Notes under the pieces: generated by a model
The model's input: only the letters and a program-made list of their open reading frames with translations
Database searches by the model: none
What the model was told of the DNA's origin: nothing
NCBI GenBank assembly: GCA_964016885.1
Contig: OZ024741.1
Coordinates: 231,756,001 to 231,820,000 of the forward strand
Length of the DNA: 64,000 nucleotides
Direction of reading: 5' to 3'
Origin: Eledone cirrhosa
Lineage: Eukaryota
Shown here: positions 12,341 to 26,151 of the stretch, piece after piece
Position numbering within the stretch: the stretch's first letter is position 1
How the letters are laid out: each line of letters begins with the position of its first letter
Translations under genes and position numbers: made by a program

Positions 12341-13690
12341 TGTCTCCAGATTGTATTACCTAGGGAGATTAAATACCACACCATCAAACAGCAACGCCGT
12401 CCTGTGTGTGTATATATGTGTGTGTATGTATGTATGTATGTATGTATGTATGTATGTATGTATGTATGTATGTATGTATGTTATGTCAGGTCACCACTTG
12501 GTGCTACTGGTAACATGTATCCCAGTACAACCTGTCCCATGGTCGGGTCGTTGGCGACTAAACTGGCAACCCCACCAAGGTTTCTTGGTGAGGAGGGTGA
12601 CTTTGGACATCCTGCAGGATTAAAAACAAAACATGTCAAAGGGCAAAGGAGCTGTTAAGAGTCAATGGCCATCCAAAATTACCGGGAGAGATGACCCCTT
12701 AGCCTTTGTCAAGGCAGAATTCTAGGAGAAAGAAAACTCTGATATAACACCTGCAACCCTGATGGTACCCAATGATGTTGACTTGTTCTTCTTTTTGGTA
12801 AATATCATCTTGGTTAAGAGAGTGGGACTGGCTTTGTGCAGTGCCTGTGCTCACTATAAAAGCTTCACGGCACAGGCATTGCTTTATATCTGGAGATCTC
12901 TCTGCACTTGTCGTCACATGGTACCATGGGCCTAGCACTATGTGTCAATAATTGTCACAAGTGTAGTGTTTGTACCAGAGTTTTCAAGTCGCTGGCTGGA
13001 CTAAGGTCACATTCGTTCAGCGCATCGGTAGGAGTTCTCCTACATGGATATAAAGTAGTGGCCATACTCGAAAACGAGTTGGCAGCCACCATGTATGTAT
13101 GTATGTACGTATGCATGTGTGTATATGACTGTATTTATGTATAAGTATACACCCATACCTTTCATCACCATTGCTTCTTTTTCTTGTCGTTTCTGTTGTT
13201 CTTGTAACTGTTGTCATAGTTGATGTTGTTCTTATTTTCATTTTCTTTGATTTCTTTCGTGTTTCTTTTTTCTCCCTAGGGTATTCGTTAACAAGCTTCT
13301 TTTATTTATTTTCTTATTTTTCTTCATTCAAATACATTCACACTGGCGGTCTCAGAGACGTACAATATGGCTTATGAAATTTACCAAAGTAAAGAGCCTA
13401 GCGCCCCACAAAGCCTCAAACGCCCCCCCCCCCCTAATGTCCTTACTCCAAACGCCCCCCTGGACCTCTGAAACTCCCCACTGACACCGGGGGAGGGGGG
13501 ATGTCGCCTCTTGAGAACCTTTGGTCTAGAGCAACCGCAGCTTCCATGTATTTTTTCTGATGTTAGAAACACGTATCACATGACACTGTTATCATATGGA
13601 AAATCGACCATCTATACATAGCCCAGATACTCTGGTTCTGATTGAAGCAGGCCCCATAAAAAACAGTAAGTGGCCCCTCGAGTGAAATAA

Positions 13691-13855
13691 AATAATTGCT
13701 TCTACATTTGCCACAAGGCCAGAAATCACTCCAGTATATAACTGGTACTTTATTTTATCGACCCCTTAAGGATGAAAGTCAAAGTTAACCTCGGCAGGAT
13801 TTGAACTCAAACAGTAAATGGCCGTAACTCTAAGTTGCAAAGAATGGTGCCCGAC
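13691..13855 (-). mobile_element. SINE
   Basis: Reverse-complement match to the 53649 SINE. Confidence 0.85.
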
Positions 13856-14784
13856 TTAAATGTGGCGATTTTTTATTTTATTTTACATTTTTTATTTTTT
13901 TATGAATTATGCTTGGAAAAATAAGTGGCCATACTATATCCATAGCTTTACAAGTTCTCCATAAGCAGAAAGTCTACAATTTCGGAAAGTTATTTTTACA
14001 CTGACAAATGTTAGAAGATAATGTTCCCCATCCTCCTAGTAATTTCATTGCCTCACTTCCTCTCACCGAGCAGTTTACATATATTGTAACAATAACGTAT
14101 CCAATTTCGATATTGCGATTCACGTTTATTTCCCGATGTTCTCAGCATTTAATTATTTGTATATATGAATATTGTGCTATGTATGCATACAAATTGTTAT
14201 TTTCATCCATGAAAATGGATGTCATATTCGATTCTTACAATTATTTAATTTTTATATTTTTGTTTTGTTTTCTTTGAAAAATCCCGACGGAGCGCATCTT
14301 AGTTCATAAAATGAAAATCAATGGTAAATTTCAGGAACACATTGATTCCGTAACGCTATGCATTCATGTACTACATTATCCAATGTTCCTCCTCTATCTT
14401 TAAGACAGGGCGGTTTAATATGACGGACAATTGTCTGCTATTGCTAGCAGATAAAGCGCTATAAAAAGTTATCCCCGGTAATAATGTTTTATACGTATAT
14501 TTGTAATGGCGAGGCATTAAAACGTCGGACAAATCTCCTTGGGGCATTAAATCCGGCTCGTGCTTTTAGAGGTCCCCCCCCCCCCCGTTACCACTTAAAT
14601 AATGTGTTCTATTACTTTTTCTATAAACCATTCTGAATGGGAATAGAATTATAAATAGGCATTATAAATAGGCATTAATCTTTCTAAAGATTACGGCTGT
14701 TTTTGTCAGGCTAATGTTTGGATATGGGTGTCATATTGGGAACATTTTTGTGTATAATCAAATTATGCATATGCTTGATTCTAG

Positions 14785-14907
14785 AGAAAGTCTACCAAAT
14801 ACTGGCCAAATAACAAAGAAACAGAGGATGATGATTCGCTGACGGTTGACTGCATATATGAATCAGCCAATGCACTCTACGTAATGAAGACATTCATCAT
14901 CACAAAG
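14785..14907 (+). CDS. Receptor-type PTP-like gene, D1 exon (KCxxYWP motif)
   Basis: ttctag|AGA...AAG|gtaatg, 123 nt, phase 0->0. Encodes RKSTKYWPNNKETEDDDSLTVDCIYESANALYVMKTFIITK. Confidence 0.85.
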
Positions 14908-16503
14908 GTAATGTGATAACGTAATAGGTCATTTTGAATTTTTCACAAGACAACGTTCATTATTTAGGGTATATGAATTAATTTCTTTGAAATGAATAAG
15001 GTAACCACCCGGTAAATAATGTGTGTAAGTGAGATGAGTTGAACCTTGTTGGAACTGTTGATGATGAGCCAGCACTGATAACCTCTAATTAGAAACAACA
15101 TTTGAAACAATGGCACGAATGATCAAGGCGATTAAAGACTCATGTTTTAGACTGCAATGCTCTATTTCCTATTGTCACTTTGAAGATAACACGTAGATAC
15201 ATTCTTATTTTTTCTTCCGTATCCCCTTCATCATTTACACTGTTTCCCATTGCTAATTTCTAAGAATCACCGAAGTGTGATATTCTTTCAATGTTTTTCA
15301 CTATTAAATAATTACTATCCACAAATCCACCACTTTGGCTCCGAGAGCATCCCGTTTTCTAATTTACGCTTTATACAATAGGGAGTTCCGAACCCATAGT
15401 TTCCTGGACCAAGTGGCCTGATTCCACAAATCAGCTTAGAATATGTTACCTTATTCACATAATTGACCCAACTACAACCACCCCACACGAGCCCCTAAAA
15501 CAAGAAACACAAAGAAAGAACATTCATTACAATTGAAAACAATTGAGATCTCATGTTAAAAGGAATGGACTCACTGTTTGTATCCTAACCCTTCAATATA
15601 TATAGATGTGTAGGTAGCAAAACTATCCCTTATAGAATGTTGTCGATAAAGGCAGAACATATGGGGTTTGCTGCAGAAATAGCTGAAAGAGGCAGACCAA
15701 GAAACATGTATAACTCAAGTAATAACATATCAAGTGTAATGGCTACTGATATACAATAATCCATCCAACGTTCTGAGTGCACTTCCAACTTTAGATATAT
15801 TCTAACAAATTAAACTACCCTATACTATATATACATATGGACCACTAATCAGACACCGCTACCCCTTACTCACTACCCTGCCAAATCACCACATTCACCT
15901 ATAACTTCATACCTATCACCTTTCTCAATTGCCCCCTCCCCAGAGCAGAGACGGCTTTAGATTTGGACCTATGGCACAATAACCACTCTAGTGATGTTCC
16001 CAGGGAAATGCGCCGGCTACAAACCATAAGGCTGGTTGGTGATAGGTATGGCACCCCGCAGTAGAAACTATGTCTAAAATGTTTGAGAGGATCCTTTCGT
16101 TGTGTTAAAGACACAACCACTGTAGTGTGTATGATCTACATGAGATACTTATCCAGTACACGCTGGAGATTCAGCATGATACATATTTGGCATAGCTGAT
16201 CCTTTGAATTACAGGTACACTCTATAAAGTTCTTTAGTGTATGTGGCCAATCATTCATCAGACACGTTAGCAGGGAAACTCAGTAAGGCACAATATTTTA
16301 CAGGATGACATGTTGTATATCGTGACCAATTGTTCTTGTATATAATATATATATATATATATATATGTGCAGATGTTATATTTAATTTGTTGGGATTCAG
16401 CAACCTTAAACATGTTTATAACTGATATAAAGCACTCAACCAGTTAGTGGAGTAAATATACAATATATTAATAAATGGAAAATATATTTATAAAACCATA
16501 ATT

Positions 16504-16567
16504 ATTTTATTGTATACATTTCAAGGGCGACCAAGGTAAATTATGGTGCGCTTTCATCAGATAAAAT
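16504..16567 (-). ncRNA. Inverted hammerhead copy (U16.1->C)
   Basis: Minus strand reads attttat CTGATGA aagcgcacca..tggtcgccctt GAAA tgtata C A ataaaat. Confidence 0.6.
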
Positions 16568-16714
16568 AAATATTTGTGTTATAAATAAATATTGACATAC
16601 CCGGAAAAAGACAACCTCAACGGTTGAAATTCGCTGGATAGTCAAGCGAATTTCAACCGTTGAGGTTGTCTTTTTTTCCGGGTATGTCAATATATATTTA
16701 TAAAACAAATCTGT

Positions 16715-16778
16715 GTTTTATCTGATGAAAGCGCACCATAATTTACTTTGGTCGCCGTTGAAATATATATAATAAAAT
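16715..16778 (+). ncRNA. Minimal type I hammerhead ribozyme motif, intact core
   Basis: gttttat CTGATGA aagcgcacca..tggtcgccgtt GAAA T-ATAT-A T A ataaaat. Predicted cleavage after 16771. Confidence 0.72.
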
Positions 16779-16837
16779 AATTATGGTTTTATAAATATAG
16801 TTTCCATTTATTAATATATTGTATATATATATATATA

Positions 16838-16977
16838 TTTATTAAAATAACAGATTAAAGATTAAGCAAAGAATCACTGCTTTCACCCTTAACGGGATTT
16901 TCTGAAGTTTCAGAAGATCCCGTTATGGGTGTAAGCAGCGATTGTTTGCTTAAACTTTAATCTGTTATTTTAATAAA
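16838..16977. repeat. Imperfect hairpin (~68-bp arms)
   Basis: tttattaaaataacagattaaag...ctgaa g ttt cagaa...ctttaatctgttattttaataaa. Confidence 0.85.
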
Positions 16978-17066
16978 CATTTGCTCCAGGATTCTTATAC
17001 ATTTTATATATATTTATCCTTATCGAGCCCTCTTTGGATTCTAGTCTTCAAACTTATTATTATTGC

Positions 17067-17098
<32 letters not shown>

Positions 17099-17449
17099 CA
17101 AATATAAATTAGCGAGAATCGTATTTCAGCACAGGAATTAACGAAAATCAACATCCCATATGTGTGGCAAGCGCTCGATGATTCATGTGAATCAGAGCTA
17201 CAACATACGTTAAGGGCCAAACACACTGAGATGATGGTTAAACATATCATCCACACAGCCAAAACAAATGACCAAGTAATTCGGGTCAAACAATAAAAAT
17301 ATATGTGTTGATACTTTCCCGGACGCTGGACTGATGGTAAAATCCAGTATTTGGTTTCTGCGACTCCAAAATCAGGTACTGATATATATATATATATATA
17401 TAATAGTAATAAACCAAAGATATATATTTATAACATAACATCACTATTT

Positions 17450-17525
17450 ATTTCATCATACATATTTCGGGGATGCAAAAAATTATGATTAACATATATC
17501 AGAGCATGCTCTCATGAGATAAAAT
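17450..17525 (-). ncRNA. Degenerate hammerhead motif
   Basis: Minus strand reads attttat CTCATGA gagcatgc...gcatcccc GAAA tatgta TG atgaaat, with two core mutations. Confidence 0.45.
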
Positions 17526-18067
17526 ACATATGAGGTGTATAATATTTTATGATATACTGGCATAAACGATCTTGATAGATCAATGTCAGACAAGTATATA
17601 AGTGGAAATAATCTCAAAATATCATAGGATATAATATTAGTGGCAAAATCAAAACATTTAGTTTAAACGCTTCATATGTTCTTAAAAATAGCGTAATTAG
17701 ATTGGTCAGAAAAAAATACCGTTATATATGATACTAGCAGTGTATCCCGGCGTTGCACGGGTAAGAACATTTGTAATATCCCCTCCAATGAGAAACAGTT
17801 ATTTGTGAGTGCCTGTTAAAAACTCACGAACTGGTCATGCTCACCGACATCTAGAGTTGACACTGCACTCAGTGATCCTGTGGGAGCCCCTGATGGACAC
17901 ACTGGAAGAGGAAGACCTTAGTTAACATATGTTGATGCCTTAAGGATAGACACTGATCTGTCGGAGACGCAGGACAAAGCAGCGATAATGAGGGACAGAG
18001 ACCGCTGGAGAGAACCCGTCCATGGATCCCGGGAATTTTACCCGCCCTAGATAGATAGAAATATTTT

Positions 18068-18119
<52 letters not shown>

Positions 18120-18129
18120 CATATGTGTT

Positions 18130-18181
<52 letters not shown>

Positions 18182-18257
18182 TATGTGTTATATATCTATA
18201 CATACATATAAAAGTGAAATTGACTGTGTGTGTGTCCTCATTTTTGCACCATAAAGG

Positions 18258-18955
18258 AAGCACCAGAGATGTCGCAGCCTCAGCACGTGTTTACGCATCC
18301 TCAGCCACGGCATGCCCAGCACTCCACGCAACGGGTGTTGACAGTAGATGGATCGTCTGACCATCGTAGCACGCCCCTCCGTAAAAAGCGGAAGAGGAGG
18401 CGCTCCATTGTTGTCAAAGTTGGGCCGGGGCAAGGCACAACGGTTAGGCGGTAGCAGATGACGGATGCGATGAACGCATTCGCCACCTTTGCCCGAGCTT
18501 TCAAGGACAGCTTCCTCTCGGCCCATTTCTGTGTGTGAGAGTCTACTCTGTTCGTCACCTCGCCCCGAACCAGAGCCCGAGCGATTTAACCGGTCCTTCC
18601 GTCCAGCTCCCCACGACAATGTCGGGCGGCATGGACTTGCCTCTCCACGTGGCGAGATGCAATCCTTCTGACCTTTCCTGGTTTAACTTTGCTGCTGTCA
18701 CTGCTTCATATTCCTTGAAAGCGGTGTCGAACATCTGGACATTTCCGGCGCTAGACCGGGGTGCTCTGATTATGCACCTGTAGACTGAGGAGTGTAAAAC
18801 TAAGAGAGGGTGCTTGCCCTGGTGCTCAGGGTGGCCGTGGTCTTTTGTGTGGTTTTCGCCACGAGTGTCCCTCGGAAATTGGCCCCTATTGCGGAATTTT
18901 TGAATTTTTTGATATGTTTGTCTTCTTGTTATAACCTTTTTTACACGGCAAAAAC
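18258..18955 (-). mobile_element. Internally deleted Tx1/L1-like LINE fragment
   Basis: KEYEAVTAAKLNQERSEGLHLATWRGK..GPVKSLGLWFG and WAERKLSLKARAKVANAFIASVICYRL, homologous to 52520-52990. Confidence 0.8.
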
Positions 18956-19048
18956 CCATGCTGGAGAGAACTGGTCCATGGATCTCGGGAATGTTACTCG
19001 TCCTACATAGATAGATAGATAGATTTTTATGTGTATATTTATATATAA

Positions 19049-19098
<50 letters not shown>

Positions 19099-19149
19099 AT
19101 GTGTGTATATGTGTTTGTATATATATATATTAGAAAGTGAGATTTTTTT

Positions 19150-19335
19150 ACGAAATGAAAAAGAAACGAGGTGTCCTACACGAGTGAAAGTATAAGGAAA
19201 AAGGATGAAATCGAAAATGCAACTGGAGTCTTTTTTTATAAAAATATATATTTATGTAGCTCCTTTACCGGTTACGCAGTTCTTCTGCTTTTCAAATGTA
19301 GAATTGAGATGGAGGGTTTGTGATTTTTCTTATAT
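19150..19335 (-). repeat. Short repeat with a U3-A8 hammerhead-like motif; second copy at 20210-20390
   Basis: Two diverged direct copies, each next to (TA)n. Confidence 0.75.
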
Positions 19336-19397
19336 ATATAAATATATATATGTATATGTATATATATGTGTGTGTATATGTATATATGTGTATAGAG

Positions 19398-19445
<48 letters not shown>

Positions 19446-19476
19446 AGTGTAATTTACTACACAAAACGAAGGTTAT

Positions 19477-19637
19477 AGAGAAAATTGTGGTTGGTAATGG
19501 CACATGGAATATATAAGAGACAGAATACTTTTTTGTGAAAAAACATATAATTTTATAACCTTATAAAATTATATGTTTTTTCACAAAAAAGTATTCTGTC
19601 TCTTATATATTCCATGTGCCATTACCAACCACAATTT

Positions 19638-19642
<5 letters not shown>
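19477..19642. repeat. Perfect palindrome (82-bp arms, 2-nt spacer)
   Basis: 19477-19558 is the exact reverse complement of 19561-19642. Confidence 0.95.
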
Positions 19643-19678
<36 letters not shown>

Positions 19679-20063
19679 GTATATGTATATATGTATATAT
19701 ATGTGTGTGTGTATGTGTGTGCGTGTGTGTGTTTGTGTGTATGTGTGTGTATGTGTTTGTTCGGGGATAATACGTCAGCAATGACTTGTTGGTCATAATG
19801 TCGTTATGCAGACAGTCAGGCATACAGACATATAGTATAAGGGCGCGACGGAGATCGATAACCGGCGCCTAATACCCATCTAACAACAGAAAATTAAAAA
19901 ATAAAAGCTGTAGTTAATATCCTTAGACGGCATGGAATATATAAATGCAAGTTTGAAGTCAATCGGAGTAGAAGTGTGGATTTGTATAGACATTGCAAAA
20001 ATGCGGACACACACACAACCAACTACAGTTTTATATATATAGATATGTAGCTTATTATTAAAG

Positions 20064-20200
<137 letters not shown>

Positions 20201-21596
20201 TATGAGGGTTCTTTTTCACAAAATGAAAAATAACCGAGGTGTCCAACACGAGTGAAAGTATAAGGAAAAAAGATGAAATCGAAAATGCAACTGGAGTCAT
20301 TTTAAGAATATTTATTTTGTACCTTTTCCGCTTTCGCAGTTCTTATGCTTTTTAAAAGTAGATGGAGTGCTTGTGGTTTTTCTCGCATATACATATATAT
20401 ATATTTATATATATATATTGGTAAAAGGAAAAGAAAATGCTGACAAATTGTTCCCAGTGAAAATTAGTTTAATTAGGAATAAGTAAACATTAGTAATAAA
20501 TATTGGTTAGTATTCAGTTTTAGTTTTAAGTGTTTACCGGTTGCTCATTTCTAATGTTTTTCAAAAATACTTTTGAGATAGAGCGCCCGCGATGTTTTAT
20601 GTGAAAAAAGTGGCTCCATAGGTATTAAAATAAGTTTCGCCTCAATTCGTGTTGCAAAGATTCTTGTGGTCAAAACAATTTTGATTGGTCGGTAGAGGTG
20701 ACGTGAATGTTAAAAAATTGATATTGCGCCAAATATAGGTTTCTCAAAGAGTGTCCTTTTTTGCCTGATTGAGAAGTCACTGAAAAATAAGTCTTTTAAG
20801 ACAAATATGTGTGTGTGTGTAGTAAAGAGCTTCATTGTTGTGATAATGGTCAGTAAAGATGTGTATGTGAATTGCAGTCATGTTGAAAGCTCAACAGTTC
20901 AGGTGCCTATTAAGACAAATATGTGTGTGTGTGTGTGTGTGTGTGTATGTAGCAGAGTAATTCGTGGTAGAGGGATCGGTCAGTAGGAATGTGTCTGTAC
21001 GTGTGTGGGGGATATTTTAACATGTTGAAAGATATTTTTCAGCTCTTGTCTTATACGGAGAAGTGTGTGTATGTGTGTGTTATGCGTATGTCTCTTTGTA
21101 TGTTAGTGTACGCGTGTGTATGTGTGTGTGTATATCTGTGTGCGTGTGTATATGTGTGTATGTGTGTGGGTGGGTGTGTGTGTGTGTGTGTGGGTGGACC
21201 AGTATTTTTGTGATACTAGTAAAAATGTTGTACATTATTCGATATTTTCAGCAAAAACGATTCTCTCAAGAGAACATCAAAACATTAATAATAAAAGGTG
21301 TGAAATGATATATAGTATTGTCATAAAAGCAAGGTGTGTGTGAGTGTCCAGATTGTACCTACTGCAAGGGGAATCCATTAGGCCCTGCCGTATTGGAATA
21401 CTTGTGTACAAATATGTATGTGCCCATCAGTGTGCAATGCAGGTGTGCGTATATGTAAGTGTGTGTGTCGACACGTTTATATCTATAGATATCAAAAGGT
21501 ATGCAAATTTGTGTATATTTGTGTTGTACCATAGATGTATGTAGGATGTATGCTGATGTAGGTATGTATGTTGACGTGTGTATGTTGTGGGTTCGT

Positions 21597-23600
21597 CTTA
21601 GGGAGAAGTGTTTAGACGGAGTCCGTATTTGTTAATAAAGTGAGATTCCTTGCTGATGCGCTGGGTGTGGGTGGCATTATCTTTAAATTTGTAGAGGGGA
21701 AAGATTCTAAAGTTGGGATGATTTGGGGCGGCACAGGTATCAATGTGTTCACTCAGTGGTATTTTCATGTATTCCCGTATTTTAATTTGGGATCTATGGA
21801 CAGTCATGCGTTGGCGGAGGCTGTTTTTGGTCTGGCCTATGTATTGTTCTCGACAACCTGAGCAAGTTAATACATATATTAGATTTTCTGATGCGCATGT
21901 GAAATTGTGTTTTACTATAAAACGTTGTCCTTCTTTGAAATAGAATTCCGAACCCTCTATTAGGTTGATGCATATTCCACAGTTGGGTCTATCGCATTTT
22001 TTTTACTGGGTTTCCTTGTTGTGGTTGGCAGTAATTTGGCATGTGTTAGGATGTTTTTTATTGACTTAGATTGTCTTTTGCTCTTTATGATATCGTGTGT
22101 TCGAAGGATTTGGTTCATTCTATGGTCCTTTTTTAACACAGGGATGTTCTGGGGGATGGTGTCAAAAGCCTCATTGTTGAGGTGCTTGTGTGTGGAGATG
22201 TATGGAAGAGCTTTTAGTTTCGGTTGATTTACTTTAGGGTTTCTAAGGTCCTGGGTACTGAGTTTTAGGGCACGTTGGATTCCATTGTCAATTAGTGATG
22301 CAGGGTAGTCCCTGCCTATGAGTGTGTCCTTTAGTTCTTGTAGCTGTAAGTAACAGGTGTTTTTATTGGAGACTATAGTACAGATTCTCTTGGCTAAGTT
22401 GTAGGGAATATTAATTTTAACGTGTCAAGGGTGGCAAGATTTGAAAGGAAGATATTGCTTGGAGTCTGTGGGCTTGTAGTATATGTACGTTTCTATTTTT
22501 TTTCTTATGAATCTTAATGAGGATGTCGAGGAAGGGGAGTTGTTGATTGCTGTATTCCATCGTAAAGTTAATATTCGTGTTGAGCCCATTCATAAGGGTG
22601 TGAAATTCTTTAAGTTTCTCGATGTTATCGTTTCCAAAGGATGAAACAGTCATCTAGATATCGCTTCCAATTCTTTTCTATGTGTAAGTGGAGAGTGTTT
22701 CCAAATTTGTTTAGGACTTTAGTGTAGAGGGTGATTTCCAGGTATCGCATGACTAGGTTGGCATAAGTGGGGGCTGTTTTCGTTCCCATAGCGGTCCCAG
22801 TTTTCTGCCTGTAGGATTTGTTATTGAAAACGAAGTAATTGTTCTCCAAGATAAATTTGAGTCCCTCTATCACGAATTCTTTTTTGATGCGTTGTGGGAG
22901 TTAATTGTGGTAATTATCCAGCCAGAATTAGATAGCTTCTATTCCTAGGTTGTGGGGGATGTTGGAGTATAGGTTGACTACATCGAACGTCACTAGTAGG
23001 GTTTGTTCAGAAAGGGGCATATTAGGGAGGTGATTGAGCATATCTAGGTCGTCCCTTATATAGCTTTTGATGTGTTTGAGAAAAGGCTTGAGAAAGGTAT
23101 CAATGAAGTTGCTAAGGCGGTGGGTTTCGCAAGGGGGGCCTGCTATTATAGGTCTTAATTTGAGATCATTGGGTGAGGGGACATTGATGACTATGTCTGT
23201 GGCTTCCTTGCATGCCTTACTTATTAATTCGCTTTTATGTACTTTAGGGATACCGTAGAAAAGGCTGGATTTACTTGTGAAGTCTGTGATGAAGCTGAAT
23301 TCCTTGTTAGTGAGTCCTTCTTTGTATTGGTTGATTAGAGTTTTTAGGTTTCTCATAATTTTCTGTTGATTGTAGTGTTCAGCCTTTTCGTAGTATGTTT
23401 CGTTTTCCAAAGTGGAGAGCGCTAAGTTGATATAGAATTCCGTCTCCATTAGGACTACTGTACTCCTTTTTTACCAGCCTCTTTAATTGTAATGGTTCTG
23501 TCGGTTTTTAATCTATCTAATTCTTCCCATTCTTTCTTGTTGAGGTTTGGCTTGTGTTTTTGTCTGTGCAAGTGTTGGTAAGGGAAGTTTGTGATGTGTT
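21597..23600 (-). mobile_element. Penelope-like element, near-complete RT + GIY-YIG, pseudogenised
   Basis: FYGIPKVHK, LRPIIAG, FDVVNLYSNIP, QKTGTAMGTKTAPTYANL, RYLDD, LPFLDIL, then GIY-YIG (IYVLTCSGCREQYIGQT). Contains frameshifts. Confidence 0.92.
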
Positions 23601-24334
23601 CACATATATATATATATATATATATACATATATTTATAAATATACATATATATATATATATACATCGATATATATATTATATCAAATTATAACAAAGGAG
23701 GAAGATGTACTTCGGATTTAAACTAAAGTACGATTGAAACGTAAGTAAATTAACACGGGAGAGAGAACTTTGATTATTCCTAAAAGGTAAATTTTCATAA
23801 TATATTATAATAAGGTTTCATGAATATACGAGATTAACTGTATAGAATATTATGGGGGTATTAACTATATTTTTGTTTAAACTAAAACTTATATAGTTCA
23901 GGGGAAAATAATTTATTAACGAGTTTAAGAATAAATGAATAAATAAATCAGCAGTTTAATTATATAGGTAATATAGAAAATCGATAGGTATTTTATATTA
24001 TTATTGTAGATATCGAAGAAACACGTATAACTTGCTATTTATATTAAATTTGATTTATCTAGATCAATGCAAGTTGTTGGTAGGTGAGAGAATAGTATTT
24101 AAAGATTATAACGGATAAATCAGATAAACATACTGGAGTACGGAAAATGGTCAACACTTGTTATCTCATAGATTAAATTTGAAATAGACTATAAGGAACG
24201 ACGCAAGGTATGCCACAATAAATATGTGATTGAAAAAATAAACGGTTGAGTAAATGTAGTGGAAAATGACAATATAAAATATATAATATATAAAATAGCA
24301 TAATTCCATGAAAAAGTTTGTTATACATATGAAA

Positions 24335-24512
24335 TAATTGTGTCTACATTTGACACAAGGCCTGCAATTACCCAGTGCTGGTACTTTATTTTATCGACCC
24401 CATAAGGATGAAAGTCAAAATTAACCTCGGCAAGATTTAAATTCAGAATGAAAAGGGCCGTAACTCTATCCGTCAAAGCATGGCGTCCGACCCTCTACTG
24501 ATACTGCCAATC
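24335..24512 (-). mobile_element. SINE
   Basis: Reverse-complement match to the 53649 SINE. Confidence 0.85.
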
Positions 24513-24624
24513 CAAAATAATGACAGTTATTAAGTTGTTAATATATACATATGTATATACAGAAACTTATATGAATAAACATAATGAAGGCTTAACAAAT
24601 CGTCCTTTATTATCATAATTATTA

Positions 24625-24662
<38 letters not shown>

Positions 24663-24741
24663 GACGAAGGAAATGCGGTAAGGAACCAGATAGACCATAA
24701 CGCACCAACGTACTCAATACTTAGGGTAGTAGAGTGGGTAA

Positions 24742-24834
24742 TAGGAACAAGTATGACCCCTACGGCAGAGCTCAAGCCGTTTCGACGGTTAATTCTGGAC
24801 TGGCTTGAGCTCTGCCGTCGGCGTCATACTTGTT

Positions 24835-24840
<6 letters not shown>
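24742..24840. repeat. Hairpin related to the 11893 nested repeat
   Basis: ataggaacaagtatgac..cggcagagctcaagcc / ggcttgagctctgccg..gtcatacttgttcctat. Shares aagccgtttcgacgg-ta-ttctggact with 11893. Confidence 0.8.
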
Positions 24841-24889
<49 letters not shown>

Positions 24890-24975
24890 GGTATATCAGA
24901 TAAGTAGCACTCAACAGTTGATAGAACTGGAGTATATATAGAAGAAATTAAAAGATGGTTAAAAAAGTTCCATAT

Positions 24976-25019
24976 ATTTTATTATGCGCATTTCAAAAAC
25001 AAATATCATCAGATAAAAT
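24976..25019 (-). ncRNA. Inverted hammerhead copy lacking the 5' half of stem II
   Basis: Minus strand reads attttat CTGATGA tatttgttttt GAAA tgcgca T A ataaaat. Confidence 0.55.
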
Positions 25020-26151
25020 AAGGTAACACATGTGAACAAGAAAGTGTCCAACCAACATATGACAAAAAAATAAAAAGGAGAGAGAAGATTGGAAAAATGA
25101 AGGAAGAGGGAAAAGGAAAAAGACAAAGTATACAGCTAATATCTTATTCCACGAATAAAGGTTAACATTTTGTACACATATATTTTACACAAATATCTTT
25201 TCACTCATTTTTCTCGCATATTTCAATACATTCTACAATGTCTTAAACATACTATGACGTTATATGGTTTTCTACGCTTTAAATCACTGTAGCAATCTCC
25301 TTTATCTACTTATTGATACAAAATAATATTTAAATAGTTCATATTTCATTATATTCTTTTTCTCACTATTTTTAAGCCGCTCAATTTTCCTCCTTCATCA
25401 CATCAAATTTTCAGTATAAACCTTCGTAGGTTTTGTAAACAAACGATGACATCATATTTTTTCTTCTACGCGTTTTCTACGCTATTTTCTACGCTTAAAT
25501 CATTCCAACATTTTCCTTTATTTACTTGTTGATTAAAATAATATTTTAATATTTTAATAGTTTTCCCACATATATAATTTTTTTATATATAATTTATAAT
25601 TTTTAATAGTAAATTTTTAATTTTTGACATGGTTTGACTATTCTTTTCTAGACACATATATTGTTTTACACAAATATTTTTCATACCTTTTCCTCACATT
25701 TGTTAATACACTCTGTTTAAACAAAGTATGACGTTATATGGTCTTCTACGCTTATAAATCATTTAATTTTATTTTACTTTATTAATACATTTCCACACCT
25801 CTAAATCAATTTTTTTAGTATATAAACCAAAAATAAATAATATACCTAGTTTCTATATTTGTAATCTAAGCACATGAAGCTCATCAATTTATTTATTTAT
25901 TTATATTATTTAGCCGTTATTCACAGACGTTTTTCATTTTTGACAGCGTTTCCCGATCAAAAATCTCTCTCTCTCTTCCTTCCTTCTTAATTTTTCCTCC
26001 GTTATTTTCTCCTTCTCTCTTATGTTCTTTTTCCTTTTCCCTCTTCCTTCGTTTTTCCAATCTTTCTCTCTTCTTTTATATTTTTTTGTCATATGTTGAC
26101 TGGAAACTTTCTTGTCACAAGTGTTTTTAGGCATCATATCATGTTACTTTA

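Larger units (their letters stand above)
16457..16826. repeat. Inverted repeat (~180-bp arms) with a hammerhead motif in each arm
   Basis: Centre cggttgaaattcgct-ggatagtca-agcgaatttcaaccg, with arms extending out to TA-rich flanks. Confidence 0.92.
17734..20043 (-). mobile_element. Probable non-autonomous Helitron termini enclosing nested repeats
   Basis: Minus strand starts A|TCTATATATATAAAAC at 20043 and ends with hairpin cccgtgcaacgccggg + CTAG|T at 17734. That the two ends belong to one element is inference. Confidence 0.45.

Noticed and set aside
13340-13530. hAT-like MITE (ends ctggcggtctca / ttgagaacctttg)
   Set aside because: The terminal inverted repeats are too degenerate and there is no clear TSD.
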